Assembly: GCF_964355755.1 (NCBI RefSeq)
Contig: NC_092672.1
Location: 31,874,437-31,938,436, forward strand
Direction: 5' to 3'
From: Antedon mediterranea
Taxonomy: Eukaryota; Animalia; Echinodermata
DNA length: 64,000 nucleotides
Of the stretch, positions 14,121 to 28,101 are shown in pieces; position 1 is the first letter of the stretch, and every line of letters begins with the position of its first letter. Both the position numbers and the translations under genes were made by a program. Under the pieces are notes generated by a model. The model saw only the letters and a list, made by a program, of their open reading frames with translations, ran no database searches and had not been told where the DNA came from.

Positions 14121-14529
14121 TTAAGCTTGGTTCCCACTATCGACGCAACGTAACGCAGCCTTAAGCTTGGTTCCCACTAGAACGTAACGCAAGGACGTAA
14201 ACGCAACGCAAGCGTTTTAACCAATGACAAGTGAAGTTATAGACAGTTAGCAATCACAAGCGAAAAAGCGATCGCTTGTGATTGGTCAATTCACTTTTCG
14301 ATGCGTTACGTCCTTGCGTTGCGTCGCTAGTGGGAACCACGCTTTACGACGTATTGACGCAAAGTGCTGTATTGCGTAATCACAAGTGGGAACCGACGAT
14401 GCAACAGTGCTGCTGTAAACATCGCATGTTTGATTTCAAGCAGACGGGGAAAACACAATTATTGGAAGAGCATTTTTTTACGTTGGGTAGGTTGCGTTAC
14501 GTTGCATAGCAAGTGAGACCCAAGCTTTA
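14121..14529. mobile_element. MITE family A (PIF/Harbinger-like), one copy (about 14161-14346) nested in a related one
   Basis: TIRs TAAGCTTGGTTCCCACTAG / CTAGTGGGAACCA(A/C)GCTTTA with TAA/TTA flanks. Confidence 0.75.
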
Positions 14530-14749
14530 GATAAACATGTTTACAATGAAAGTATATGAAGATGTACATGAAGTGAAACCTCATGTACATGATGAAAATG
14601 GTCGGAGTCGGACGCGCCCGCTTGTGCGCGCGCATGCATATTCATAAATTCCATCTACTTCTTACGATGTGACAAAATAAGCAGGCAATCATATCTCGGG
14701 AATTTTAACATTCTCATAATGGAAAAATTGTTTCAAGACAAGGCTTGAG

Positions 14750-15558
14750 AAAACAAGGCCAACAGCCATTAAGTCGCGTGCTACAATGCATAGTGATACC
14801 GGACCGACAGACAAACAGACTGACAGACAGACAGACCGACAGACAGACGGACCGACCGACATAGTGAACTATACTGACCGAAATTACTGAACATGTTTAA
14901 AAATGTTGAAATGTTTAAAAACATTTATATTTTTTTAATTTACACGTGCGTAGCCTGTCACATTTGACGTGCTCGTATAACGTAATTTCGAGTTGAAAAT
15001 TAAGTCAAGAAAACAGAAATCGGGCAAAAAGTGTGCGCAATAACATTTAACGCGCAGTGCGCGCGCAAAAATCTGCGCACTCATGGCAATTTTGTAAACG
15101 CTTAAAATTGCCTGAAACGTACTCTTATTTCATCGAAAATAAATTTTGAAAATTTTAAGCGCGCGTACGCATGCGTTACATGCGTTACGCACGTAATTGT
15201 ATTGCCATATGATGATTTATGCCCTGAAATTTATGAGTACCAAATTTTATTTAATTGTGATTCATGGTTGTTAAGATATGATTACAAACGTGATTTCGTT
15301 AAATCGTGCGTAGACCGCGTAATTTTTTATTGCGCACCGTGAAAACATAACCACATCGATTCCTGGCCATAAGGAATATTCTGTGAAAAATTGACTTAGC
15401 TAGATTAAACTGATATCAAGATAAGGTCATAAAGCGACAAAACGCATAGTGATACCGGACCGACAGACAGACAGACCGACAGACCGACAGACAGACAGAC
15501 AGACAGACCGACCGACCGACTTAGTGAACTATAGAGTCGCTTCCACGCGACTAAAAAT
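14750..15558 (-). mobile_element. Non-autonomous Helentron-like (HINE/DINE-1-like) element with (GACA/GACC)n microsatellites
   Basis: On the minus strand: 5' TTTTTAGTCGCGTGGAAGCGACT hairpin, (GTCT)n tracts, 3' CACGCGACT sub-TIR, then GGCTGTTGGCC and TTGTTT; no TSD, T-rich target. Confidence 0.7.
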
Positions 15559-15768
15559 GTATGAATTTATAAATGTTAAAATTGACATTAATGGCAACGT
15601 TGATATTAACAATGTGTTTTTATGAGTTCTATTAAGTAAAGTAACTGAAATGATAGACATCAACGTGAAAGTGTTCAAATTTTAAGTACATTTTAGCAAA
15701 TTATCGATCATTCTAAATCGCCTTCTATATATAACCACTTGTCTCTCGGCCCGGCCCGGCCCGGCCCG

Positions 15769-16111
15769 GCCGCGATATTTCTTTTCGTACATAAGTTGGG
15801 GACCCCTCGTGAAACGTCACAAAATATTCATGAATATTCATTAATCATATCCATAAGGTGTGACGTAAGAATTCAGCTAACTACAATTCGCTAATGCAAA
15901 CGATTTCTGTCGAGCCGTCTGTGTAGTCGAGTGGATAAGACTATGGACTTTACATGTCGATGTATGGGGTTCGACTCCCATGAGCTAATTCTTTTACTTT
16001 ATAGTGAGAGAGAGATTATTTGGAGGGTTAGGTTTAGTTATATTTAGGAAGTAGTTCGGCTATCTTTCATATGGGGTCCCTAACTTATGTACGAAAAAAA
16101 AAAATCGCGGC
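15769..16111. mobile_element. MITE with about 40-bp TIRs enclosing a tRNA-like (A box/B box) segment
   Basis: TIRs GCCGCGAT...TTTTCGTACATAAGTTGGGGACCCC / GGGGTCCCTAACTTATGTACGAAAA...ATCGCGGC; internal TAGTCGAGTGG and GGTTCGACTCC at about 15915-15985. Confidence 0.6.
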
Positions 16112-17029
16112 TAGGCTCGCAAAGGAGTGAAAATCCACTATCTCAGAGCAAATTGTTACTCTTTTTAGGGGTGCACTTAAGAACCACTATTAGTGAAAGT
16201 TACAATACTCTAGGTCATGATTTTCACTTCTCCAAGAGTCTTCAAACGATTGAATAACGGCAGACAATGTTGACTATTGTAGACCAACTCTTAAAGAGTA
16301 AAAACTCACTCGTTTTGAGTGAATCCGGTTTCGCACTCTTTAACAATACGTGAAATTTCAATCGCAGAAATTGTTCCGTAATAATATTATATAATAATAG
16401 GCCTAATTAGGTTGTTATACAGAGAAACCATATGAGGAAGGTGAATAATTGGAATAATAATTATGACCTTTTAAAAAGGACGGACATTTACCTTGTATCA
16501 ATAATGTTTACAATAAATGCATCTGCAATTCTATACAATAAATTTGTATAAACAATACGTAATTATTGTATTAACTTATATCAACAACCTGCTAGTTGCA
16601 CTGTTGTATAGTAGGCTTAAGCTCTGTCTACGTTATCTTATAGTTTGACAAAAAATTGTGATATGCCCAAATATGGTAGTGATATGATATCAACATGTCC
16701 ATATGAGCACATCACATTTTCTTTTTGTCACATAAAGTTTGATAGTGTATACAGAGAGCTTAAGCAGCAGGGAATTGAGATGCGAATCACACAAAATAGT
16801 GTGTGGCTCTCCCCTTCCACTTCTTCCTCCATGCTCCTATTCTCGCTCCTCTTTTTTTCTTCTCCTTTATACTTTCTCTCCATCCTCACTAGACTGAACG
16901 GTTTGATAACTTTGTTTGGCACGTTTTTATAACTTAAATGAGGACTCATTTGGAAAAGTAATAAGCTGCTTTATGCGTTATCCGGGTTATCCTGGTATTT
17001 TGTTCGAGTACCAAATAACACAAACAAGC

Positions 17030-18078
17030 AAATCCACCTTCTCTATCTCTATCCGAAAAAGTGACTGGTCTAACATTAAGAAAACAACATTTCCAAATCC
17101 ACCTTCTCTATCTCTATCCGAAAAAGTGACTGGTCTAACATTAAGAAAACAACATTTCCAAATCCACCTTCTCTATCTCTATCCGAAAAAGTGACTGGTC
17201 TAACATTAAGAAAACAACATTTCCAAATCCACCTTCTCTATCTCTATCCGAAAAAGTGACTGGTCTAACATTAAGAAAACAACATTTCCAAATCCACCTT
17301 CTCTATCTCTATCCGAAAAAGTGACTGGTTTAACATTAAGAAAACAACATTTCCAAATCCACCTTCTCTATCTCTATCCGAAAAAGTGACTGGTCTAACA
17401 TTAAGAAAACAACATTTCCAAATCCACCTTCTCTATCTCTATCCGAAAAAGTGACTGGTCTAACATTAAGAAAACAACATTTCCAAATCCACCTTCTCTA
17501 TCTCTATCCGAAAAAGTGACTGGTCTAACATTAAGAAAACAACATTTCCAAATCCACCTTCTCTATCTCTATCCGAAAAAGTGACTGGTCTAACATTAAG
17601 AAAACAACATTTCCAAATCCACCTTCTCTATCTCTATCCGAAAAAGTGACTGGTCTAACATTAAGAAAACAACATTTCCAAATCCACCTTCTCTATCTCT
17701 ATCCGAAAAAGTGACTGGTCTAACATTAAGAAAACAACATTTCCAAATCCACCTTCTCTATCTCTATCCGAAAAAGTGACTGGTCTAACATTAAGAAAAC
17801 AACATTTCCAAATCCACCTTCTCTATCTCTATCCGAAAAAGTGACTGGTCTAACATTAAGAAAACAACATTTCCAAATCCACCTTCTCTATCTCTATCCA
17901 AAAAAGTGACTGGTCTAACATTAAGAAAACAACATTTCCAAATCCACCTTCTCTATCTCTATCCGAAAAAGTGACTGGTCTAACATTAAGAAAACAACAT
18001 TTCCAAATCCACCTTCTCTATCTCTATCCGAAAAAGTGACTGGTCTAACATTAAGAAAACAACATTTCCAAATCCACC
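17030..18078. repeat. 65-bp tandem satellite, about 16 nearly identical units
   Basis: Unit CTCTATCTCTATCCGAAAAAGTGACTGGTCTAACATTAAGAAAACAACATTTCCAAATCCACCTT; only isolated single-base variants. Confidence 0.95.
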
Positions 18079-18967
18079 CCCCAAAAAAATAAATAAATAT
18101 CATTCGAACAGTTCATGGAAAACTAATGCTCCAAACTATTTCCGTTTGTGTACACAGCAAATTGAACTGCCAACATTCTTCTCCCATTCTTACTTCTCTT
18201 GCCGTCCATTTCCTTGTAGCACTACCACAAATATCCAAACCCACACGATCTAACCAACATTCAAAACCTACCTTTGATATCATTCGAACAATTCATATTG
18301 GCAACAACTGTTCTGTATGTTAATGGCGTACATAGAACTAGAAAATAAACTGGAAATCTCTTCACAATGAGCAATTGAATTCCATTGTTTATGATACTAC
18401 CTAGAACATATGCCTATAGATAGAACCAGAGAGTATTCGTTATCACGGAGAGAGATGAAATAGCTAAATGGATTACATATTGTATAATGCGAGCAATATA
18501 TAATACCATATTCATATGCTTTATCGATTACGTACGTACATTAGTTGTATTTTATTTTATATATACTACATTAATTCCAAGGCTTTGTGTGGTAATGACG
18601 ATTAAAATGGCAGAATTGTATAAACATCTGCAAATATATCGGTAATTGAGCAGAACTGAATGGAAAGGCTCAATTTAAAAAAAGAGTCCTTGATGGCAAA
18701 ACTGTTTTATCTATAATTTCCAATTTCAACGGTCTTTTAAGAATCGAAATAATTATAAAATTACTTAGGTAAATGAACATAATTGCTTTATACTCTTTTG
18801 AACGACATAAGATGCGAGAACATGCCTACTGTACTGTATGGTAAAAAAATAATTTAAAAAAAATATCCGTGACGTCACAACATATATTTTTATGCGATTG
18901 GCACCACAGCAGAAACGCAATATGCGCGAGTTCAAACGTAATGTAGATATTTTTTGTACGCACGCGT

Positions 18968-19151
18968 TAAGCTTGGTTCCCACTAGAACGTAACGCAAGG
19001 ACGTAAACGCAACGCAAGCGTTTTAACCAATGACAAGCGAAGTTATAGACAGTTAGCAATCACAAGCGAATAAGCCATCGCTTGTGATTGGTCAATTCAC
19101 TTGCGTTGCGTTACGTCCTTGTGTTGCGTCGCTAGTGGGAACCACGCTTTA
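18968..19151. mobile_element. MITE family A, full copy
   Basis: Same TIRs and internal sequence as 14161-14346. Confidence 0.8.
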
Positions 19152-20159
19152 GCTATGTATATTCCGCTGACAAGACAAATTAAGATATTAAATGTTTAGT
19201 CAATGTATTTCAGCTCAATGCTTCATTTAAAACTCTCTCTCAAAAAAGTGAAGAACATTATCGGCGGCAAAAACCAGCAGCTGTCGTCTACATATGGACA
19301 ATTACACATTACATTCTAAGCGCAATGCTTTGTCTTTCCCACGCAAAGAGTTCGATTGAACCTTTCTGTGAAAAAGAGGTATTTTCAGTTTGGCTGCAGA
19401 AAAAGAGCAGTTACACTAATTATTATAAATATCCACACAAAAAGAATCATCGCGTGGGACTCTTCCATTAGACGGTGGAGTGTGTCTCAGCCCGGTGCCT
19501 TGCTCCAAGTCTGTATTCATTGTCTTTTTTTAGTTTATTTGTTTTTATTTCGATTTTTTTCTGAAAATATCCAAGCTCAAGTAGTATATGTATGAAACTC
19601 CATATGTGCCAAAATATTTATCTTTTTACTAATATTAAGACAAAACTCCGCCTGGAACCCAGACTACCCGGTGCCTTGAAATTCTTTATTACGATTATAT
19701 CAAAAATATATTAAACGAACTGTTAAAAGTTCAAGATCAACATCATATGGCCTTATGGGTAATTTCGTATAAACGATGAGATATGCTGATCACGTGATTG
19801 CTTAAGCCTATTACGTAATTATATTCAGTTTTGAAAATAATAATGAGAGAATTATCTCCGCACTGGAGTTGACCTTATTAGTATTATCCACAGCGGTAAT
19901 TTGCACTTATTATTATAATTCGTAGGCCAAATATACGTAAACACTCGAGATTTATAATCCTAATGCATATATATTTTTTTTAATTACGCAGAGATGATTC
20001 AAGTTGTCGTCTGTTACTAAGAAGGTATTATATTACATAGCCTATAGTGAGAAATAAACAGCAATGAATTAATTTGTTGGACAGATGTTTTTATTATTAT
20101 TTAATCCACAATATGTGGCTTGGTTATGATGCTTAGCTACCAATCCAAGGGTCCTGGGA

Positions 20160-20534
20160 TAAAGGGTCTTTCACATCTGTTCCGGCACGGTTCCAGTCCG
20201 GCGCCGGAAAATCCAATCGAACGTGAATGTTTCGTTTTCACGCGGTTACGCGCATATCGATTGGCGCATAGCCGCGTGGAGCGTCGTGAAAACGAAACAT
20301 TGATGTTCGATTCGCCGGACCGAAACCGTGCCGGAACAGGTGTGAAAGACCCTTTCTTTCACACCTGTTCCGGCACGGTTCCGGTCCGGCGCCGGAAAAT
20401 CCAATCGAACGTCAATGTTTCGTTTTCACGCGGCTACGCGCATATCGATTGGCGCATAACCGCGTGAAAACGAAACATTGATGTTCGATTCGCCGGACCG
20501 GAACCGTGCCGGAACAGGTGTGAAAGACCCTTTA
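20160..20534. mobile_element. Tandem dimer of a palindromic MITE
   Basis: TIRs TAAAGGGTCTTTCACA.CTGTTCCGGCACGG / CCGTGCCGGAACAGGTGTGAAAGACCCTTTA; two units joined near 20355. Confidence 0.8.
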
Positions 20535-21959
20535 GTCCTGTCATGTCAACTTTTTTTCTAATGACAATTTATAAGGATAGTGAATGAATTCGCTTACGGT
20601 TGTTATATTGACAATTTGCCTTAATATTTAAAAAAAACAACCAAATTCAATTTATTTATTTTATTTTTTTTAAGACGCTCCTCTACATTCTGGTCACTAT
20701 ATTATATAGTACTGTATGTTGTTTTGTAGAGCACTCTTCAATTCGAAAAAAAGCATTTTTGTTGTGAATACCATTAGCATTTTGCAAAGCACACTTGTTG
20801 AGTTTGTGCACTATTTGTGTTTTATCAAGCGTAGGTCTAATATGTCCTGCATAACTGGATCATATAATTTGTGCCAGTTCTGTGGTACATAACATTTCAC
20901 TGTCAAGATATAATAAGATCGAAACAGTACTGTCTGTCAGATTGGATATAATTATAAATATAAAAAACTACTTTAACGAAAACAAAAGATACATAAACAT
21001 TATTTTAAAAGCCTCTACTGAAAATATTGTTTTTAAAACTTTTAGTCATTTTTAGCAACATATATGGCCAAAAATAATTATGCTTTAATCTGATTTGATT
21101 CATTAGCAAATAACATGAAAAAAACATTAATATAACTCTATAAAAGGTGGTTTACGTTTATAATTTAATATTTTACAATATATAAATACTAATATTGTAT
21201 TTTTATTATATATATTTTAAAGATATAGGCCTATTGTCCCACATTTTTTGTGATCAACTTTATTAAATATAACATTCAGTTTATATTTTTTATTGCTTTT
21301 ATTATTAATTGTAATTGTATAAGATTTAAATTTGTATCCGTTTTTGTCGACAGGACCACAATGCAAAACAAGTTTATTTCTACTTGATTGTGTTTTATCC
21401 TGTATAAATATGTTGTTAAATAAATAAATAAATAAATACAATATGAAAGAATATTGATCACATTCAATAAAGAAACATAAAACATGAGATTGAAAAGGAA
21501 AACATCGACAAAAAGTTTAACAAGCTTGAATGAGATTGAGATTGTTTGTTAAGCAAATTAATACATTTTAATAACTCTATTTATAGTTACCTTACTTGAT
21601 TAAAAGCAATTACATTTGTAATAGCCATCTTCCAGTATCAATTCAACACTGATATTGGGTGATGATTAATTATTCATATTTATCAAAAGGTCAATTCACA
21701 CTCAGGCCTGCTAATTATTAGTTAAATGTATTTCTTTTATTTCGAACCACATGATACCGGCGTCACATATGACAAAAAAACATGAGATGCTGTATCACGA
21801 AATCTGCCTATGATACAGAAAAAAATAGATACAGAGTACCGAGAATCGTCTGATTACGATGGTAGGCCTATACAGTTCTGAAGCATATTAAGGGAAAACA
21901 AAAATAGTCCCTTGAATAGAGTTGGTCGTAGTTTTTTTTTTATCTAGTATCCACCTTAA

Positions 21960-22302
21960 AGATGTATTGTCCCCCAAAATCATGAAAAATAAAGATTTTT
22001 AAAATCGGACTTTGAATAGGCCATTTTGCAGTTTTAATGAAGTTGTTCACTTCCATAAGAAAAAAACGGGGGAAAAAATTATTTCACCTATAAAAAGACA
22101 AAATAAACAGTTAAATTACCCAAAAACTCATTGTCTTCCAGACAATTTGACAATTTTTTGCTTTAAATTACATTTTTCTCAGGCAAATAAATTTTTTTCA
22201 GACCCAATTTTTTGTGAGAGTGAATAACTATTATGTGACATTAAAATAACATATTCAACAACAAAAATTAAACAAATATTTTTTTAGGGGGACAATATAT
22301 CT
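21960..22302. mobile_element. Non-autonomous DNA transposon with TTAA TSD and AG termini (Kolobok-like)
   Basis: TTAA-AGATGTATTGTCCCCC ... GGGGGACAATATATCT-TTAA. Confidence 0.7.
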
Positions 22303-22791
22303 TTAAGGGTTGGTTTCCATTAGAGACGCAAGTGATCACAAGCGATGGATTATTTGAACTTTCCATATGGGCACATCATATCACATATTGTTTGATAGTG
22401 TAGACATAGCTTATTGAGTTATTCCCGATATGACTTCATACTGTACATATATATGCAGTTGTTTATCAATCTTTTGTAGGCCTATTATAATGTATTTTAC
22501 ACAATTCTAACATAATTTCAATATTATTTTATATTTTGAATGCATTAGAAACAACATTATTAATTTTAAAAATTGATGATTCATAATATACGCCACGCCT
22601 TCTATTGTTATTATCATATAAATATTTTCTATCGATCGCTTGACACGGGTAAATCGTAATTATACCCTTACACGTGTTGCTCCAGGATAATGAAAAATTA
22701 ATGAGAATTTTCAATAACCACAGGCTGCAGTACAGCTAGCCGGTATTTAAGCGCAGTCATGGCTCATATTATTAAGGCAGTTGAAATATAT

Positions 22792-23123
22792 ATTTGATTG
22801 AAATATATATTTATACTGGGTAACCTCTTCAGTCAAAGACTGGTCTCTCAGAGGGCCCAGTCGGTGATCAGTGGCTGTGATGTACTAATACACCGGGGTA
22901 ACCCCCTACTCGTCTCGAAAGATGTACTAGGTTCTTTAAAGTGCACACGAGCTAGATGTGTACACTGGACCTACGGTTTATAGTCCTTATCCGAGAAGAC
23001 TCGTTCTACCACCAGAACCATGGAGTGAGTGAGCCTCGAACCCATGCCGATGTTATGGCTACGTAATTACGGTTCCACTGTCGTAACCGCTCGGCCACTC
23101 ACTCACCGCTCGGCCACTCACTC
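22792..23123 (-). mobile_element. tRNA-derived SINE with a Deu/Nin-like central domain
   Basis: A box TGGCCGAGCGG, B box GGTTCGAGGC, core GGATAAGGACTATAAACCGTAGGTCC...TTAAAGAACC...GAGTAGGGGGTTACCCCGGTGT resembling the DeuSINE domain (from recall); near-identical copy at 45245-45557. Confidence 0.8.
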
Positions 23124-23734
23124 AATGAGATAGTATAAGGCCTGCAGAGATTTGTGTAGGACTACGTAAAAATAGTATTTTATTCTTGGTTCTGCTTGGT
23201 ACCACTCCCGTCTATTGTATTTTCTTTCCATTAAATATCATTTATTATTTTATATACTTTTATACAAAACTGTTTTTTGTATTCCGATTTATTTTTGTAC
23301 CACAATGCAACACAGGTTTAGGCCTATCTTTTATTTTTGATTGTGTAATCCTGGATAGATATTGTTAAATAAATAAATAACTAAAAATATGTAATAATAT
23401 AAATATAAAAAGGTGTTGAAATAATAAAAATAAAATATAATTGTAAATAAATAAACATAATTTTTTAATAAAATGATTTATTATTTGCTAAGCCTCTTCT
23501 GTTTTCCCAGTCGACGATAACTGTCCCAAATATTTCGGGAAAAAAAATCAGAATAATAATTAAAACTTGTCAGAGGATTAACTTATTTTTTGGATGTCAT
23601 AGAGAGTGAAAACAAAAACTAATATTTCAGGTTTGTACGGTTGTAACTTGTTTATGACAATTTTTCGGAGTCGCTGTATCACATGTCTTGGCACACGCTT
23701 ACGCGTTTCTATGTCCTACAGTATGTGTATCTTT

Positions 23735-24030
23735 TATTTACGCGTTCTGCTTTGTAGGCCTATTCTGTATTTAATTTTTACTAACAAATCATATTTCCCG
23801 CCGCTAAAACTGCACCACTTGTTGAATCCTAGGCCTACTCTTTTCAAAATGTTCCTTATCCAGTAGGTCTATGTATCTATTATTTACGCGTTTATGCTTT
23901 GTAGGCCTATTATTTTTACTTTTTAAATGGTGCCAGTGACTAACAAATCATATATTTCCCGCCACTAAAACTGCACCACTTGTCGAATTCCAGGCCTACT
24001 CTTTTCAATCAAAATGTTCCTCAGCCAGTA
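23735..24030. repeat. Local tandem duplication, two copies of about 150 bp
   Basis: TATTTACGCGTT...GTAGGCCTATT...CTAACAAATCATATTTCCCGCC.CTAAAACTGCACCACTTGT...AGGCCTACTCTTTTCAA occurs twice. Confidence 0.7.
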
Positions 24031-26789
24031 AGTCTTATTCATAACAAATACTGAAAGCATGACAGGCCTACCAGGTCATTAATGTTATAATGAGCATTAA
24101 AGTAAATAGCGTTTATGAATCATAATTCCCTCCTCGAGTCGTTTAATCCCTTAAACAGCTATATTGATTAATGAATGTAATTATTATTTTCACGCGAATC
24201 GTCAAGTAGGCCAAATGTTGTCAATTCTAAAACAAGATACGCGAATAGTATACGTTAAAAAATAATGTAAATAATAAATAAATAATAGTCAATTGACTGT
24301 TCAAATACCATTATTATATTATTTTTATTTTAACATAGGCTTTTGCAATTTCATGTATATTCTTTGTTGTTTTTATTGTCTGAATTATGCCACGCAAAAC
24401 AAATTTACATTTTAAAGTGGACCAATACAATTTCTTGAATCTTGGAAAAGCATTATCATTGCTGCAGAGAAATGATCCCTCAGTTTGGGACAACCATTAT
24501 GAAGGAGAAACCTCTATTAGGGGAACACCCAAGGGACACGTAAGAGAACATTCTCGTGGAACGAACAATGGATGGACAACGTTTTAACACTACACGGCAA
24601 TATACCCCCAGGCCCGGAACATAACTGTTAAAAAGAGAAAATTTTTAGTTTTAGTAGGTGTTACCTTAATATAGAGGTGGTTCTATTGTATTGCTTCACC
24701 AATGGAAGCCAACGTTCGCTGTAGGCCTACTTTTCCCGTTTAAATAGCGTAAGGCTGGTTTTAATACTGCATCCATATGAATAAGACAAAGCATCTATGT
24801 TTTTTCTTAAAACAAATGATAATAAATAGTATTTGACTTGACTTGATCTTACCTTAAAAATGGTTTAGTATTTCTCCCATGTCTATTCGCACGTAGCGTT
24901 AAGTAATTGCGTCGTTCACGTGGACCAGCACGTTACACATCGCTCACAGCGTTCCATCTACAGGTTTTTATAGAGTAAATGCTTTAGTTGATAATTAACA
25001 AAACAAATAGGCTTAACGCATGCGCACTCAGTCGATTTTAGGCGCCCTCATCAATCGTCATAAAGTAGGCATACAGTATTTAGAGGAAAGATATTCCGTA
25101 GGACTATAATGTAATATTCATGAATATATTAATTTTTTTCCCCGAATCACACATGCATATAGTTCTAACCACTCTACTCATGCTCATCATATAATATTTG
25201 TAAAAATCACTATCATATTACCATTCAAATAACAATCAAATTCCAAATCTATTTAGTTCTCTTCGAATAAGCCTTCCGACTTACCATGGTAACCAAAATC
25301 AATAATATCACAACAGCGGAAAAACGGTAAATTTCTTAACGGAAGATATCAGTCTATAAAAACAACTAAAACGAGATTGAATCTTTTGTTACCAACATAA
25401 AAACAGCTGCTTGTTGTTGCAAGTAATCTAACCATTTTTTTTTGTAACTACTGATTTTCAAATCTAGCACTAACTTTATTCAGGAGATCCATGTCTAGAG
25501 TAGAACCACATTTGAAACACTCATATTCGCGGGACACCTACATTGAGGGGATATTTTCATGTGACTCAAACGAGAGAGCAATATGTTTAACAATAGGCCT
25601 ACGACCTACGACCACCCGGGGACCGTGCGTATCAAGAGCATACTCCATTCAGAAAACACTTATTTGGGTCTTGAAGGTGTCCCCGTGATAAGGGTTCTCC
25701 TATTCATGTTTAAACCCACATAACTTGAAAAAAAAAATCAGTTTTACGTTAATGGTACCCATAGTAATTTTTTCTACGAGGCGCAGTTTTAGAAATAAAT
25801 AATTATTAAAATAATAATAATAATAATAATACCACATTTATATAGCGCCCTTTCATGAATAAAAATGTTATTCGTAGGGCAGCATGCGCCTCGTAGGTTA
25901 TATCAATTCCACAATATTGTCGGATAAAGTAGGCCAGCATATATATACTTAATGTTATTGTCAATAATGTTAAATATCCCAAATTGCAATTTAAAGATTT
26001 ACCGTAGAATTTTTGGGGATTAGTAGCCTATTTGAAACACATAACCGTAATTCTAGAAATTCAAATTCTAGGGGATGCTAAAAAAAGCCTAGAAGGTGTT
26101 ATGATTATTTTGTTAAAGGGAATAGATCTACTGTACTAATAATTGCATAGACGATAATTGGATTTTCTGTAAGTTATATAATCTCTCTGGAGAATAATCA
26201 AATTACAAAGTAGGCCTACGATTTATCTGAAGTCTAATTTACGACATATAACAATTTGTGAGAATATGATAATTTGACACATCCTTATTAACTAAAGCTC
26301 TGTCTATATTATCAATCTAGTTTGACAACAAAATGTGATGTGATGTACCCAAATAATAGTGATATGTTCAAATACGGTAGTGATATGACATCATCGTGTC
26401 CATATAAGGGCACATCACACTATTTTGTCACATAACGTTTGATAGTGTAGACAGAGCTTTAGATGTAAATAATAAATTAATTTAACTATGAAATGTAAAT
26501 AAATAAAGTAAAAAAAATAAAACAGTTTTCCCTCCTAATTAAAAAAATGTCATTCCATTTAAATTTCAAAACAAGGCCACAATAAAAAAAAAAGTTTATC
26601 TGGGGGAAGAGTGACGTTGCTCTAGAGAACATACAGGCCTAGCTTACAATCTGCTATAGGCCCGGCACAAGAATAGGACACAACGCAAATTATATAATTT
26701 CCAAAATAACAAAAACAGATATTATGAATAGATGAACTCTCTTCATCGAGTCACAACAATTTATATGCAATTAATCTCGTAGTCTAGAA

Positions 26790-27720
26790 ATAAATAATAA
26801 TAATTTATTTGGAGATTACACTTTTACAACAGTGGCACTCGACCAAATGGAAGGTGCATCCAAGAGAAATATACAAAAAAAAAAAACATGATATAGAAAA
26901 TAACAATTACAATAAAAAGTCGACGTAGGTCAACAACAAATTCAACTACAGTAACTGCAATACCATTGAACTGACACCTAAAAATACAAAATTACAAGAA
27001 ATAAACATATAGAAAAGGTAGGAACTGTACAATATAAAATGAATTGGGCAACAACAATGTAGACCTAACACTATAATGAGATAGATATCAATCATTTAGT
27101 GAGATAGATATCAATCATTTAGTTTGATTGATATGAACATTACTCGCCTAGAACAATACATCTGTGTGCCCAAGCTCTTTTAACATAGTGCTTACAGTAA
27201 CAATCAAAGGTATTTGATATGGAATCAACGTCATACATATAATGATAGTAGTTATCAGTTCCACCTAATACAAGATTTAATTTGGTGTTCAGGTCACCAG
27301 AGATAAAATTTTCCCATACATCTAAATGATTGATATCGATTAACATATATTCTAATTTGGTATATTCTTCAATCCTTATGCCATTGAGTTGGTTACATGT
27401 GAATAGAAAATGTTGAATGTCTTCTAAACCATTCTTACACATTTTACAGATACCATCATATTCAGGAAGCCACTTACAACTCCTGTAACCTAAAGGACGT
27501 TAGAACGTAGTTTGAATTTGAGGCTAGATCCTAGAAAGTCTGTACAATCCAATAAATATTTTTCAAGGCACGGATTAGACTTAATAAGAGAGTATGTCTG
27601 AAGTGACGATTTTTTTAGCATTTCACTTTTCCAAAATGCAATGTTTGTGTCATGCATCAACTCTTTAAATCTCTTAACATTGGTTATGAATTTATTAGCT
27701 CGATAACGAATTAATACGAA
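26790..27720 (-). mobile_element. 5'-truncated non-LTR retrotransposon (LINE): ORF2 C-terminus with a frameshift, plus 3' UTR
   Basis: ORFs 27490-27804 and 27140-27442 give 'W..EMLKKSSLQTY..IK....LEKYL...KLRSN' and a Cys/His finger 'CKMCKNGLEDIQHFLFTC'; AT-rich simple-repeat end near 26800. Confidence 0.75.
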
Positions 27721-28101
27721 TAAAGGCGTACAAATTACGGAAGGCTTTTGCTGATTTTCAGTGCAGTTTAGTTTAGCTATATCTAAACTAAAACGACTGG
27801 GCATTTAGAATAAATTGATAATTTAGGATCATAGATTGATTCAGCCATAAATGACTCACCTGCGAAACCTTCGTCTGCACCAAGATTGAGCTGTTGCACC
27901 TGAATATCATTGATCTTACTCTGACAGCAGTCGAGGTTATACTGCTGTCAGGTGTAATGGTTCATTTAAAAACACCTGTAGTTACGTCAACCCTCACCTG
28001 AAACTCGTTAAGAATTCGAACGGTTTGAAACGACCCGTTGCAGTCACGAACCTTCCTTGGTAGTTAAGCCTCTGTAAGGATTTAATCTAAAGCGCCTGAT
28101 C

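Noticed and set aside
17030-18078. CRISPR-like regular repeat
   Set aside because: Head-to-tail identical units with no unique spacers, in a eukaryotic context with no cas genes.
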